From assembly GCA_030540395.1 (NCBI GenBank), contig JAUNWI010000003.1, positions 95,295-159,294 of the forward strand: DNA of 64,000 nt. The letters run 5' to 3'. The position numbers and the translations under genes were made by a program. Source of the DNA: Phascolarctobacterium sp. (GTDB taxonomy: Bacteria > Bacillota > Negativicutes > Acidaminococcales > Acidaminococcaceae). Below, one piece after another: positions 1 to 9,147 of the stretch. The stretch's first letter is position 1; each line of letters starts with the position of its first letter. The notes under the pieces were generated by a model. It did not search any database. It was not told the origin of the DNA and was given only the letters and a program-made list of their open reading frames with translations.

Positions 1-34
1 ACGCCATCCTTACTGCTTTTGCTAATATCTCCAT
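1..34 (-). CDS. 5' end of a CDS running off the window, probably the ABC ATPase of the Fe/B12 uptake operon
   Basis: ATG at 34, 2 nt after the permease stop, reads MEILAKAVRMA to the window edge; identity inferred from operon position only. Confidence 0.4.
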   Translation of the reverse strand, partial: MEILAKAVRMA

Positions 35-36
35 GC

Positions 37-1074
37 TCAGTTACCCCCAAATCCGTAGGTTCGCTTGACCATTAAATATACGAAGCAGGGCGCGCCGATC
101 AGCGAAATCAGTATGCCTATGGGCAGTTCCGTCCGCGGCAGAATAACTCGGCACAGTACGTCGGCCCAAACTAAGAAGATACTGCCGCTTAGAGCGCTAA
201 CCGCTACCAAATGCTTGTGGTCCGTACCCGTCAGCATCCGCACAACATGGGGCACAATCAGCCCCACGAAGCCAATCATACCTGCTGCATATACGGCAAA
301 GCCCACTACTACAGAGCTGACTAGAAGATAACCCTGTCTGTACCAATGCAGGTCCCGACCTAGCGTAACCGCCGTTTCGTCGCCCAAGAGCATTAAATTC
401 AAAATGCGGTGCTGCGTGCAGAAGAATAGTACGGCTATCACAGTCAGCGGCACCATAATCTGCAATAAATCCCAGCTGGCCCCAGCCATACTGCCCATCA
501 GCCAATAGGTTATGCTCTGCATGCCCTCCATATTGTTGGCAAAGTACACGATAAAGCTGGCAAACGCGCTGCACACTGCGCTCAGCGCCATTCCTGCCAA
601 CAGCAGCTTAACCGAATTGGCTCTTCCGCCAATGTTGGCGATAAACATAACCGCCAACGATACGCCAAAAGCTCCCGAAAAGGCGGCAATACCTACAAAG
701 TTTTCGCCCATAGCTGCGCCCACGCCTAACAAAATCGCCGCCGTAGCGCCCAGCGAAGCGCCGGAGGAAACGCCTAAAATATACGGGTCGGCCAAGGGAT
801 TTTTGACAATGGCCTGCATAATCACACCGCAAACGGAAAGACCTGCGCCGATGCAGGCGGCCAGCAGGATACGCGGCATACGCAGCAGCCACACGATGTC
901 GTGGATGGGCAGCATTGCCTCCGGTAAATTTGCTCCATCGCTAAAGAGACCCTCTTGGAGTACTAAAACAATATCCTGTATAGAAATTTCAGCGCTGCCA
1001 AAGGATACTGATATAACTATAGAGATTATCAAAATCAATGCTAAAATTATGGTTAACCCAATTCTATTATTCAT
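37..1074 (-). CDS. FecCD/BtuC-family ABC transporter permease
   Basis: Hydrophobic; IVWLLRMPRILLA, NPLADPYILGVSSGA, EAA-like LLGDETAVTLG, GMIGFVGLIVPH motifs. Confidence 0.93.
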   Translation of the reverse strand: MNNRIGLTIILALILIISIVISVSFGSAEISIQDIVLVLQEGLFSDGANLPEAMLPIHDIVWLLRMPRILLAACIGAGLSVCGVIMQAIVKNPLADPYILGVSSGASLGATAAILLGVGAAMGENFVGIAAFSGAFGVSLAVMFIANIGGRANSVKLLLAGMALSAVCSAFASFIVYFANNMEGMQSITYWLMGSMAGASWDLLQIMVPLTVIAVLFFCTQHRILNLMLLGDETAVTLGRDLHWYRQGYLLVSSVVVGFAVYAAGMIGFVGLIVPHVVRMLTGTDHKHLVAVSALSGSIFLVWADVLCRVILPRTELPIGILISLIGAPCFVYLMVKRTYGFGGN

Positions 1075-2075
1075 TCCTTTTCACCATTAACGTCAGGATA
1101 TAATCCTTGTTTAAATACCCTTATTCCATCTAATGTTCTTGTAGCGCTGGCATACATATACATCAAAGGAATAGCATATACACGCCTATTCTTTATCGCT
1201 TTTATACTTCTATACGCTTTATTATTAATTATCCTATCTACGCAAGCCTGCGCATCTTCCTGCCAACCTATACAGACCACAAAAATCACATTTGGATTTA
1301 ACTGAATAAGATTTTCCGCGCCAATTCTGCTGCCACACTCCATAATACTCCCACCAAGTTTAGTTACCATATCGCCGCCTAACTTATTTTTTCCATAGAC
1401 TACAATATTATTCCCCTGCGTTTCTATGATTAAAACATTTTGTTTGTCTCGATTTTTGCTTTTTTCAACAGCATCGGCAATCTCTGCTTTCATCTCTTGA
1501 ATCATTTCTTGAGCAAGCGCTTCTTTATGAAAAATCTTACCCATATTATTTATAAAAATATATTCATCTTCGACTCTGCCTACAGGTAAAATAGAATTAG
1601 AGTTTTCTACAATATATGTATTAACTCCCCTGTTTCGCCAAAATTCTGTACTTCTTAACGCTCTATTAGAAAAGGTTGATTGCCAGCCTACAATAAAGTC
1701 TGGATACAGCATCAGCGCCGTTTCTAAATCAAAATCATGTCTGCTTAAAGCGGGCAGTTTTTCAGCTCTTGCTTTGTATTTACTTAAAAATTCTGTCGTA
1801 TGATTAGAAGTACACGCAGCTGCTATAATAGCTTTGTCTTCTTGCAACGCCAATAAAGTTTCAATAGTATTTTGTTGATTTGCTATAACTCTTTTAGGCT
1901 TATTATAAAATTTCAATAAAGTTCTGCTTCTGTCAGAATTATAATTATTTACTGTTACAGGATACCCAATATCATCGCTAATATTGCTAATATCTTTCGG
2001 CCTCACAGAACTATTACTACATGCAGATAAAACCAAACATATTAAAAGCAGCATAGTAAATTTTATCAATTTCAC
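1071..2075 (-). CDS. BtuF/FecB-like substrate-binding lipoprotein
   Basis: Lipobox LSAC; PKRVIA, ETALMLYPDFIV, AIKNRRVY segments; GTG start with GGAGG RBS; 4-nt overlap with the permease. Confidence 0.88.
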   Translation of the reverse strand: MKLIKFTMLLLICLVLSACSNSSVRPKDISNISDDIGYPVTVNNYNSDRSRTLLKFYNKPKRVIANQQNTIETLLALQEDKAIIAAACTSNHTTEFLSKYKARAEKLPALSRHDFDLETALMLYPDFIVGWQSTFSNRALRSTEFWRNRGVNTYIVENSNSILPVGRVEDEYIFINNMGKIFHKEALAQEMIQEMKAEIADAVEKSKNRDKQNVLIIETQGNNIVVYGKNKLGGDMVTKLGGSIMECGSRIGAENLIQLNPNVIFVVCIGWQEDAQACVDRIINNKAYRSIKAIKNRRVYAIPLMYMYASATRTLDGIRVFKQGLYPDVNGEKE

Positions 2076-2127
2076 TATCTTACATCCTCCAAATGGAGAG
2101 GGCAGCTAAAAGCTGCCCCAAGATTAC

Positions 2128-4293
2128 TTAAAACTTATAATTAACACCTATCAAGAAGTTTCTACCTTCCATTGGGAATGTGCCTATACCGTAAGTAGCA
2201 TTGGCCCTAGTTTCATAAGCTTCATTAGTAATATTATTCATTACGAAATAAGCAGTCATTTCTTTAGTGATCTTATAGTTTACATGCATGTTTAATACCG
2301 TAAATTTATTGTCACTGAAATATCTTTCATCTAAGCCAGTATAATGCTCCACATCTAAGCCACCATTCCATTTGCCCTTATTATAATTCAAGCTAGCTAA
2401 GTATTTATTAGTATATTTGTAATTATTATACAAATTATCATACGAGGTATAGGAAGATGACAAATTAGTTAAGTCTTTATCAGTAATAGCATAGCTGAAT
2501 GATCCTCGTAAAGACCAGCTATCATCAAAGTTATGTTCTCCACTAACGTTAAACGCTCTCTTTTTCATCTTAATATTAGTAGAAGTACTCTTATAATCAT
2601 TTTCACTATCAACCCAGATACTATAACGACCAATAGCGTTCTTCATATCAACTAAAGAATAGTTAATATTAATCCTATTCTTTTTATCAAATTGTTTATT
2701 CAAGCCGATGGTATAAGCATCGCCTTTTTCTGACTGTAAAGGTTTATCTGGAGTAAATCTTTGCTGGTTTTCAATATCAGCAGCATATGGTGTATTATAT
2801 ACTTGACTCCAGGAAAAATACACGTCGCCAGTATCGTCAAATTTATATTCAGCAAAAGCGCCCATAGTAACCTTGCCATCGCTTTCGGCATTTACTTTAC
2901 CGTCTTTTTTAGAATCGCCAACATAACTATAGCGTAATCCAGGAGTTACAGTCCATTTATTGCCTAATTTAATTTTATCCTGAATAAAAGCGCTAAAGCT
3001 ATCTCTAGTAATATGCTGAGTGCTAGAACTAGTTTCTGTTTCCAGTTTATCATATTTACTATGCTGATAAGTCATACCGGCATAGAGATAATCCTTACTG
3101 TTTATTTTACGTCCTACACGCAGTTCTGTACCCTTAACGTCTTCCTCATGGCTGGCAATGTCTAATCTATCAAATCCGCTTAGATCATTTTTGATGCGAT
3201 AACGATGCATATAATGCTCATTTTTATTATTATAAAAACGAATATAGTTATCTACTTGATCAATTTTAGAAAAAGTATATTTTAAGTCTATATCATTAGC
3301 CTTAACCTTAGAATAGCTGCCCATTACAGAATCACCATAATAATACCACCATCTATGCCAACGATTATTAGGATTAGTAACACCTGGTTGCCGATTGCCA
3401 GTTGCTAAATAATCCTTAACTGCGCCTTCCCATTCGTAGTCCGGTGCAAAAATAGGATATCCAGCATAATTATCTATACGGGAATAAGAGAAAGTTAACG
3501 CTCTGTTATTATCAAAATCATAATCCAATTTGATAAAAGCAGTATCTTCCTTGTAATCAGTATTCTTAAAAGTTTTTGTCGTATTCAAATAATGATCTTT
3601 GTATTTAGTATCATCACCTTGATCACGCGACCAAGAAGCTAAATAACCAAATTTATCTTTGCGGCCCATATGTGCAATGCTGCCCTTTCTCTTTCCCCAA
3701 GAACCGGCTGCAAGATCAATATTTGTACTGGAATGATCAGCCTTTTTAGTAATGATATTAATAACGCCGCCAGTAGCATCACTGCCATAAGCTAAAGACG
3801 CAGCGCCTCTTATTACTTCAATTCGTTCAATATTAGCAATGCCCATCAACAAAGCTACTTCGCCCTTGCTGCGTTCATTCATATTGGTAGTAATGGCATC
3901 GCTGCCCATACGTTTCCCATCCACACAAAAGATAACCCTATTATCGCCATTAATAGCAACTGTAGCGCCAGTATAAGCATTGCCAAACTCTATACCCCTG
4001 TAACCAGGAGTTTTGACCTCTACACCAGGTACCTTACTAATAGCATCAGTTACGTTATCATAATGCTGCTTCTCAATTTCTCTGCTTGTAATAACAGTAA
4101 CATCGCCGCCAGTACGAATGATTTTTCCATCATAGGTATTATGGGGATTAGCATCATCCATTCTGCCTTCAACCACAATTTCATCCAAATTATAGTTTTC
4201 AGGTTTTTCTGCACTGGCAGAAAGGACAAAACCTACACTGGCAATGGCGCACAGCACCGACATGACTAAAGCTTGCTTCTTTTTAAACATCAT
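2128..4293 (-). CDS. TonB-dependent outer-membrane receptor, BtuB-like (cobalamin)
   Basis: Signal peptide, TonB-box-like DEIVVEG, plug motif IERIEVIRGAASLAYGSDATGGVINIITK, C-terminal Phe (VNYKF); lies behind a cobalamin riboswitch. Confidence 0.88.
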   Translation of the reverse strand: MMFKKKQALVMSVLCAIASVGFVLSASAEKPENYNLDEIVVEGRMDDANPHNTYDGKIIRTGGDVTVITSREIEKQHYDNVTDAISKVPGVEVKTPGYRGIEFGNAYTGATVAINGDNRVIFCVDGKRMGSDAITTNMNERSKGEVALLMGIANIERIEVIRGAASLAYGSDATGGVINIITKKADHSSTNIDLAAGSWGKRKGSIAHMGRKDKFGYLASWSRDQGDDTKYKDHYLNTTKTFKNTDYKEDTAFIKLDYDFDNNRALTFSYSRIDNYAGYPIFAPDYEWEGAVKDYLATGNRQPGVTNPNNRWHRWWYYYGDSVMGSYSKVKANDIDLKYTFSKIDQVDNYIRFYNNKNEHYMHRYRIKNDLSGFDRLDIASHEEDVKGTELRVGRKINSKDYLYAGMTYQHSKYDKLETETSSSTQHITRDSFSAFIQDKIKLGNKWTVTPGLRYSYVGDSKKDGKVNAESDGKVTMGAFAEYKFDDTGDVYFSWSQVYNTPYAADIENQQRFTPDKPLQSEKGDAYTIGLNKQFDKKNRININYSLVDMKNAIGRYSIWVDSENDYKSTSTNIKMKKRAFNVSGEHNFDDSWSLRGSFSYAITDKDLTNLSSSYTSYDNLYNNYKYTNKYLASLNYNKGKWNGGLDVEHYTGLDERYFSDNKFTVLNMHVNYKITKEMTAYFVMNNITNEAYETRANATYGIGTFPMEGRNFLIGVNYKF

Positions 4294-4363
4294 TCAACAC
4301 CTCATAAATTTATTTTTTAAATCAAACCACCGCGCTGTCCGTGTTTCGCTTGCAACCTGATTT

Positions 4364-4400
4364 AAAAGCAAAAATACCCTTCTGCTTCCAGCAAAAGGGT
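4364..4400 (-). terminator. Intrinsic terminator, likely the riboswitch expression platform
   Basis: Minus strand ACCCTTTTGC-tggaa-GCAGAAGGGT followed by ATTTTTGCTTTT, between the riboswitch and the receptor start. Confidence 0.75.
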
Positions 4401-4452
4401 ACACTTATCCAAAGGTGACCATTCTGTCTTTCGCAGAAATTTTAAGTCTTAT

Positions 4453-4600
4453 TCTAGGTAGTTCTTCTGGCTCTGCTTCATCATCAATCTCGCCTTCCCA
4501 GTTTCCCAGTGACATATTGAAATTGACTCCACATTACAGCTGCGGGACAGCACAGGCTTCACACCTGTTTCTCTTTTATGCAATTTGCACCTAAAATATA
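4453..4600 (-). promoter_or_regulatory. Cobalamin (AdoCbl) riboswitch
   Basis: Minus strand AGGTGC..GCAT-AAAAGAGAAACAGGTG-TGAAGCCTG-TGCTGTCCCGCAGCTGTAA...GTCACTGGGAAACTGGGAAGGC...GAGCCAGAAGAACTACC matches the conserved order of B12-element motifs. Confidence 0.93.
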
Positions 4601-4651
4601 AGCATATTTTATTTTATTCATAAGCATTATTAATACTAGTTATCTAGAGTA

Positions 4652-4680
4652 AGTATATATCATTTGTATTTACTTGTCAA
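4652..4680 (-). promoter_or_regulatory. Sigma70/SigA promoter for the riboswitch-btu operon
   Basis: TTGACA-17 nt-TATACT on the minus strand. Confidence 0.8.
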
Positions 4681-4689
4681 TACTTTTGT

Positions 4690-5109
4690 CTAACAAAAAA
4701 GCCTGGCCATCACAGCCAAGCTCCTGTTTCGTTTATAGTGTTCAAGTTTATAATGTGTTCCCTGTACAATTTTGATGCCGCAAGCTGCTAATTCATCAGC
4801 AATTTCCTTGATGGTAGGGCACAAATGCTTTTCGCCCTGCTCATCCTTTTTGCTAGTACAATGGCTCAAGTGCAAAGCATCTATCTCCAAGGCCTTCATG
4901 CGCTCGATTTTCTTGCGAATGCCTTCTTGGTTTTCCAGCATGGAATCGCCACAGCCATTGCAGGTCCACATAGCCATCAAACGCAGCTCTTCCTCGCCAT
5001 ATTGAGCAAAAGCTTTGTCCTTGTCGTAAAACGCTCTTAAACAGCCTGCTCCTGCACAGGATGCAGAAGTCTTTAAACAACGGATAATTGCTATCTTTTT
5101 CAAATGCAT
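4690..5109 (-). CDS. CGGC-domain protein (Cys-rich, putative metal/redox)
   Basis: IAIIRC..CAGAGC..AF..F..Y..WTCNGC..HLSHC..CP..GIKIVQGTH pattern; AGGGGG RBS. Confidence 0.85.
   Translation of the reverse strand: MHLKKIAIIRCLKTSASCAGAGCLRAFYDKDKAFAQYGEEELRLMAMWTCNGCGDSMLENQEGIRKKIERMKALEIDALHLSHCTSKKDEQGEKHLCPTIKEIADELAACGIKIVQGTHYKLEHYKRNRSLAVMARLFC
4695..4722 (-). terminator. Intrinsic terminator of the second TonB-receptor operon
   Basis: AGCTTGGC-tgtgatg-GCCAGGCT then T-run on the minus strand; lies inside the last codons of the CGGC ORF. Confidence 0.6.
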
Positions 5110-5127
5110 AACCCCCTAAAGCCTTTT

Positions 5128-5616
5128 CTATTGTATTTCAGAATTAATCACCTTAATTATAACCCGAGCATATTCCTCCTGACCAGAATAAAATTTAAGC
5201 ACACCCTGCGCTACATCATGATTCTTTAAAGCTTCCCGTGGCACGCACAGCTCCACATTCAGAGGAATCCATCCGCTCCTAGACTTTAAAGCATCAGATG
5301 GCAGAAGCTCTGTCCAAATACCCTTTTTGGTCCCTTGTGACAAAAACATTTCCATATCGCTGCCACTACAGAGCAACGGCTCTTTACTATCTGTCTGCAA
5401 ACGCAAATAAAGTGTGTACATATTGGGATTAAGCAGCTTTTTTACAACTCCCTGTTGCCCCAAATCCACAGTACAGGTAGCAATTTTTCCTTTAGTCAAA
5501 TTAATTTTTGCATTCAATCTATCTCGAGCATTCTCCAAGCGTATTCCCGTCATGACAAACATCACAGCGAGCATAGCAATGAATAGAGCCATTCTTCGCA
5601 ACCATTTCTTACTCAT
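5128..5616 (-). CDS. Hypothetical protein with N-terminal membrane anchor and probable periplasmic beta-rich domain
   Basis: Basic N-terminus followed by hydrophobic MALFIAMLAVMFVM; start overlaps the upstream stop (ATGAGTAA). Confidence 0.75.
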   Translation of the reverse strand: MSKKWLRRMALFIAMLAVMFVMTGIRLENARDRLNAKINLTKGKIATCTVDLGQQGVVKKLLNPNMYTLYLRLQTDSKEPLLCSGSDMEMFLSQGTKKGIWTELLPSDALKSRSGWIPLNVELCVPREALKNHDVAQGVLKFYSGQEEYARVIIKVINSEIQ

Positions 5617-5803
5617 GCTGCACCACCCGTCCCTTCATACGTTGATAGCAATATTTGACGGCCAAAAACAGCAGAGCAAAAATGCCCGGCGTGCAATTAA
5701 AGCCACAGCTGCCACACAGTCCTGTGCAGCCAGCACCCTGCAGACTTAATGTACTCACCGGAATACCCATGGCAATAAGAAAAGAAATAACCTTACTTTT
5801 CAT
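5609..5803 (-). CDS. Small (64 aa) Cys-rich membrane protein
   Basis: GGAGG RBS places the start at 5803; two hydrophobic segments flank GCTGLCGSCGFNCTPG; overlaps both neighbouring genes. Confidence 0.72.
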   Translation of the reverse strand: MKSKVISFLIAMGIPVSTLSLQGAGCTGLCGSCGFNCTPGIFALLFLAVKYCYQRMKGRVVQHE

Positions 5804-6617
5804 GGCAATTCCTCCCATAGTGAATAGCTTTAACAGGGCAGGCATGAGCGCATTGACCGCAGATAATACAATTATGCAAGCTAATTTTTGCTCGCTTCTC
5901 CTGCACCGTAATCGCTCTCATGGGACAGGTTGTAGCGCATTTTTCACAGCCAATGCATTGCTGCTTATTAACCTGCATTATCAGAGTTAAGCCGAGCCCA
6001 CTGCCAAAATAATGCGTTAAATTCTGTAGCGCTCCTACCGGGCATAAAAAATTGCAATAGCCCCGCCCACCCTTAGTGAATATTCCAAAGACAACTATCC
6101 ACATAATGCTTGTCAAAAGCAAGCTAGAGCTTAGGGATATGAAATACCCTCGCGAGTAATAATTAGCCAATAGGTCGAAGAGAAAAAAATTGCAATAGGC
6201 ACAGGCCAAAATTCCACCAATAAAGGGCACTAGACAGAAGCCAGCCAGCATGCCATAGCGAATTGGTGCTATTTCTGTATATTTAATCCAGTCTATTTGC
6301 AGTCGTTCAGGTAGCAGCTTGCTCAAATACTCCGTAAAAGCGCCCGCCGGGCACAGCCTGCCACAAAAAACGGGCCCTAAGAAGAAGGCGGCTATAAGCA
6401 GAATACCCAAGCTAACCACACTTATAGAGGCATATTGAAAAATTTTGCCATCCAGCAAATGCTCTGTGGGAATGCGCAAGCACAGGCTATGGATGGTTTG
6501 CTCCTGCCATTTGCCGTTTAATAAATAGCCAATTATTTTTTGAAACACCGCAAAGGGTGCATAAAAGAGCACGAAGCCCAAAAGGTAGCCAGCCACACGG
6601 CGTAATTGATAAGACAT
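5793..6617 (-). CDS. NapH/MauN-like polytopic 4Fe-4S binding membrane protein
   Basis: CGRLCPAG and CNFLCPVG motifs plus two CxxCxxCxxxCP motifs; several TM segments; GGAGG RBS. Confidence 0.9.
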   Translation of the reverse strand: MSYQLRRVAGYLLGFVLFYAPFAVFQKIIGYLLNGKWQEQTIHSLCLRIPTEHLLDGKIFQYASISVVSLGILLIAAFFLGPVFCGRLCPAGAFTEYLSKLLPERLQIDWIKYTEIAPIRYGMLAGFCLVPFIGGILACAYCNFFLFDLLANYYSRGYFISLSSSLLLTSIMWIVVFGIFTKGGRGYCNFLCPVGALQNLTHYFGSGLGLTLIMQVNKQQCIGCEKCATTCPMRAITVQEKRAKISLHNCIICGQCAHACPVKAIHYGRNCHEK

Positions 6618-6786
6618 GTACTCGACCTCCTTGTATTTATCTTTGTAACTATTGTAAGCTATAAGTGTGGCTAATTTATGGCAAAGATAAATTTTTTATT
6701 GCTTTTCGTAAGTATGCTGGCAAAGGCAAATAGGGATAGGACACAAGACCCTACCCCCATTTGGAGATGTATGTAAACAAGTTGTA

Positions 6787-8982
6787 TTAGAAGCTGTAAC
6801 GTAAGCCAACATTATAGGTTCTGCCAGAGGTAGCTTCACTGCAATAGAATTCTCTGTTGAACAAATTATTAACGCCGAATTGCAGGACCATGCCCTTGGA
6901 TAATGTATAATTGATGGCTGTGTTGACAATAAAGAAAGCATCCTCTGCGCCATATTCGCCAGACGGGCTGTCAGGGTTCTGACGTTCGCTCACATATTGG
7001 CAATCTAACAGAGCATTCCATCTATCATAATTATATTCAACGCCCGCGTGCAGCAAGTGCTTAGGAATGCTATATTGATTGCTTTCCTTACCCTGATATT
7101 CCTTAGTTCCTCGTTGCCATGCGTAATTAATATATCCATTAAATTTTTCGCTAAATTTATGAGTCAAATCAAATTCAACGCCCTTACGTTTCTCCGAGCT
7201 CAGATTGATGTATTTTTTTACACCCTTACCCATGAAGCTCTCTCCTGGAAGCAAACCAGTGGCCTCAATTTTATCGTCGGTCTTCACATGATACAAGGTA
7301 ACTCCTAAATCAGTATTGTCAGATAATCTTTTTTTCATACCCAGCTCAAAGGTATCAGATGTTTCAGGGTCAAGGTCAGGGTTGGGCACATACCAATAAC
7401 TGCTAAATTCAGAATAACGATACATCTTATACATCGTAGGAGGTCTAAAGGAATGTCCATAAGATACATAATAGTTTGTATTCTCATCAGCTTTAAAATC
7501 AAAAGCTACCTTGGGGCTTAACTCATTATAGGTTTTGGACTCGGAAGTTTCATGGATATCATTAGGGCCATCGGTATTCATAAACGTACCAGAGCCCTTT
7601 TTATAATGGTCCAATCTCAAGCCCAAATACATAGTCCAAGGATCATTGAACTTATACTCATCCTGAATAAACACAGCTAGATTATTAACCTTGCCATGGT
7701 CCTGTCCAGTATGAGCTGTGATAGAGTTCTCATCTTTCCAATTGCTAACTTTAAACCTATCCTGAGTCATCTCTTCCTGTTTAAAATTGGCGCCAGCGAC
7801 GATGGTATGCTTGCCAATATTCTCCCAAGCCTTCTCTAGGTCATAATTTACGACCTTGCCAGGGTGGGAACTATAGCTACCAGCTCCCATCCAATCTATA
7901 TCATTATATGTATCAGGCACTGAAGGACTGGTGAAGCCGTCCTTTTTACTGTCAACATAGCTTATGCTTGCTGTTAATTTATTCTCTTCATCCTTATATG
8001 TTAAGGCATGAGTATCCTTTTCGTACCAATTCTCATATCCATAAAATTTACTTGCCTTTAGTGTAATCTTATCTCCATTCTGGGTTGTTACAGTACCTGT
8101 ATAAACCGGATTTCCTGCTGAGTCCCGTACATAGCTTTTAGCATTAGCATATGAAAAAGTAGTTTTCGTTTTACCATAAGTATATTTTAAGAATTTATTT
8201 TCATCAAAATTATACTTAATGTGGGCATTATAATTTTCATGCTCCCAATCTCGTTCGCCCTGGCTACCGAAAACGTAGTAACCATTACCTAATTGAGGTA
8301 GATTTGCCGTATACGTGCCAGTCCCAGACGACCCTTTAGCTGTTCTATAAGCTCCATAATATCCATCTGACTTTCTATTCTCGTAGCCCAAGCCAAATGA
8401 CCACTTATCATTCACTTTAGAGTTAACCTGCAAAGATTTCTTCCAAGTAGAGTTGCTACCATACGAAACCACTGCATTAACATTGGTACCAATCTTTTGG
8501 GCCTCTTTAGTAGTAATGTTGATTACACCACCGACAGCGTAACCGCCATAAATAGAGGATGCAGCTCCGCGTAAAACTTCAATGCGTTCAATATTTTCCA
8601 CAGGAATAGTATTCAAATTAGCAGAACCATCATAGGTTGTATTCATTTGCATACCATCCACTAAAATCAATATATCTTCGGAGCTAAAACCTCTAAGCTG
8701 GATACCACTTTGTGCAGATTGATTCATATACACACCGGGCAAATGCTGCAAAGCCTCCTGCATTGAGGTAATATTCTTTTTCTCAATATCTGCAGCAGTC
8801 ACAACACTAACACTTGCAGGTACTTCCTGTAGTTGTTTCATTGTTCTCGTTGCCGTGACCACCATCGTATCCAATGCAAATTCGCCAACACTCTCTTCAG
8901 CAAACGCCGTTGTCCCCCCCGTAAGCACAGAAGTGCAAATCAAAGCAGCAAGTAAAGCTTTATTGTTCATTGCTTTTTTCAT
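6787..8982 (-). CDS. TonB-dependent outer-membrane receptor, substrate unknown
   Basis: Start at MKKAM after GGAGGT RBS; DTMVVTATRT, EVPASVSVVT, IERIEVLRGAASSIYGG..GGVINITTK, C-terminal LRYSF. Confidence 0.92.
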   Translation of the reverse strand: MKKAMNNKALLAALICTSVLTGGTTAFAEESVGEFALDTMVVTATRTMKQLQEVPASVSVVTAADIEKKNITSMQEALQHLPGVYMNQSAQSGIQLRGFSSEDILILVDGMQMNTTYDGSANLNTIPVENIERIEVLRGAASSIYGGYAVGGVINITTKEAQKIGTNVNAVVSYGSNSTWKKSLQVNSKVNDKWSFGLGYENRKSDGYYGAYRTAKGSSGTGTYTANLPQLGNGYYVFGSQGERDWEHENYNAHIKYNFDENKFLKYTYGKTKTTFSYANAKSYVRDSAGNPVYTGTVTTQNGDKITLKASKFYGYENWYEKDTHALTYKDEENKLTASISYVDSKKDGFTSPSVPDTYNDIDWMGAGSYSSHPGKVVNYDLEKAWENIGKHTIVAGANFKQEEMTQDRFKVSNWKDENSITAHTGQDHGKVNNLAVFIQDEYKFNDPWTMYLGLRLDHYKKGSGTFMNTDGPNDIHETSESKTYNELSPKVAFDFKADENTNYYVSYGHSFRPPTMYKMYRYSEFSSYWYVPNPDLDPETSDTFELGMKKRLSDNTDLGVTLYHVKTDDKIEATGLLPGESFMGKGVKKYINLSSEKRKGVEFDLTHKFSEKFNGYINYAWQRGTKEYQGKESNQYSIPKHLLHAGVEYNYDRWNALLDCQYVSERQNPDSPSGEYGAEDAFFIVNTAINYTLSKGMVLQFGVNNLFNREFYCSEATSGRTYNVGLRYSF

Positions 8983-9075
8983 CGATACTACCTCCCACAT
9001 CTCAAATCATATAGTAGATTATAATATTACTAAGTACAAATTTACCGAGAAACTCAATCAATATTGATTCTCAAT

Positions 9076-9103
9076 TTGCACTTTATCGCTTATATGATAT
9101 AAT
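9076..9103 (+). promoter_or_regulatory. Promoter of the MerR-family gene
   Basis: TTGCAC-16 nt-TATAAT with TG extended -10; its -10 overlaps that of the divergent promoter. Confidence 0.6.
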
Positions 9104-9129
9104 AAGATGTATAGTAGCTAGACAGTCAA
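9099..9129 (-). promoter_or_regulatory. MerR-type promoter/operator (19-bp spacer) facing the TonB-receptor operon
   Basis: TTGACT-GTCTAGCTACTATACATCT(19 nt)-TATTAT with imperfect dyad TGTCTAG-cta-CTATACA. Confidence 0.75.
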
Positions 9130-9147
9130 GGGGGCAAAGGCAAAATT

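Noticed and set aside
2081-2100. CCATTTGGAG(G)ATGTA similarity downstream of both TonB receptors (also 6758-6772)
   Set aside because: Short, in opposite orientation relative to the genes, and partly just an RBS; compatible with chance
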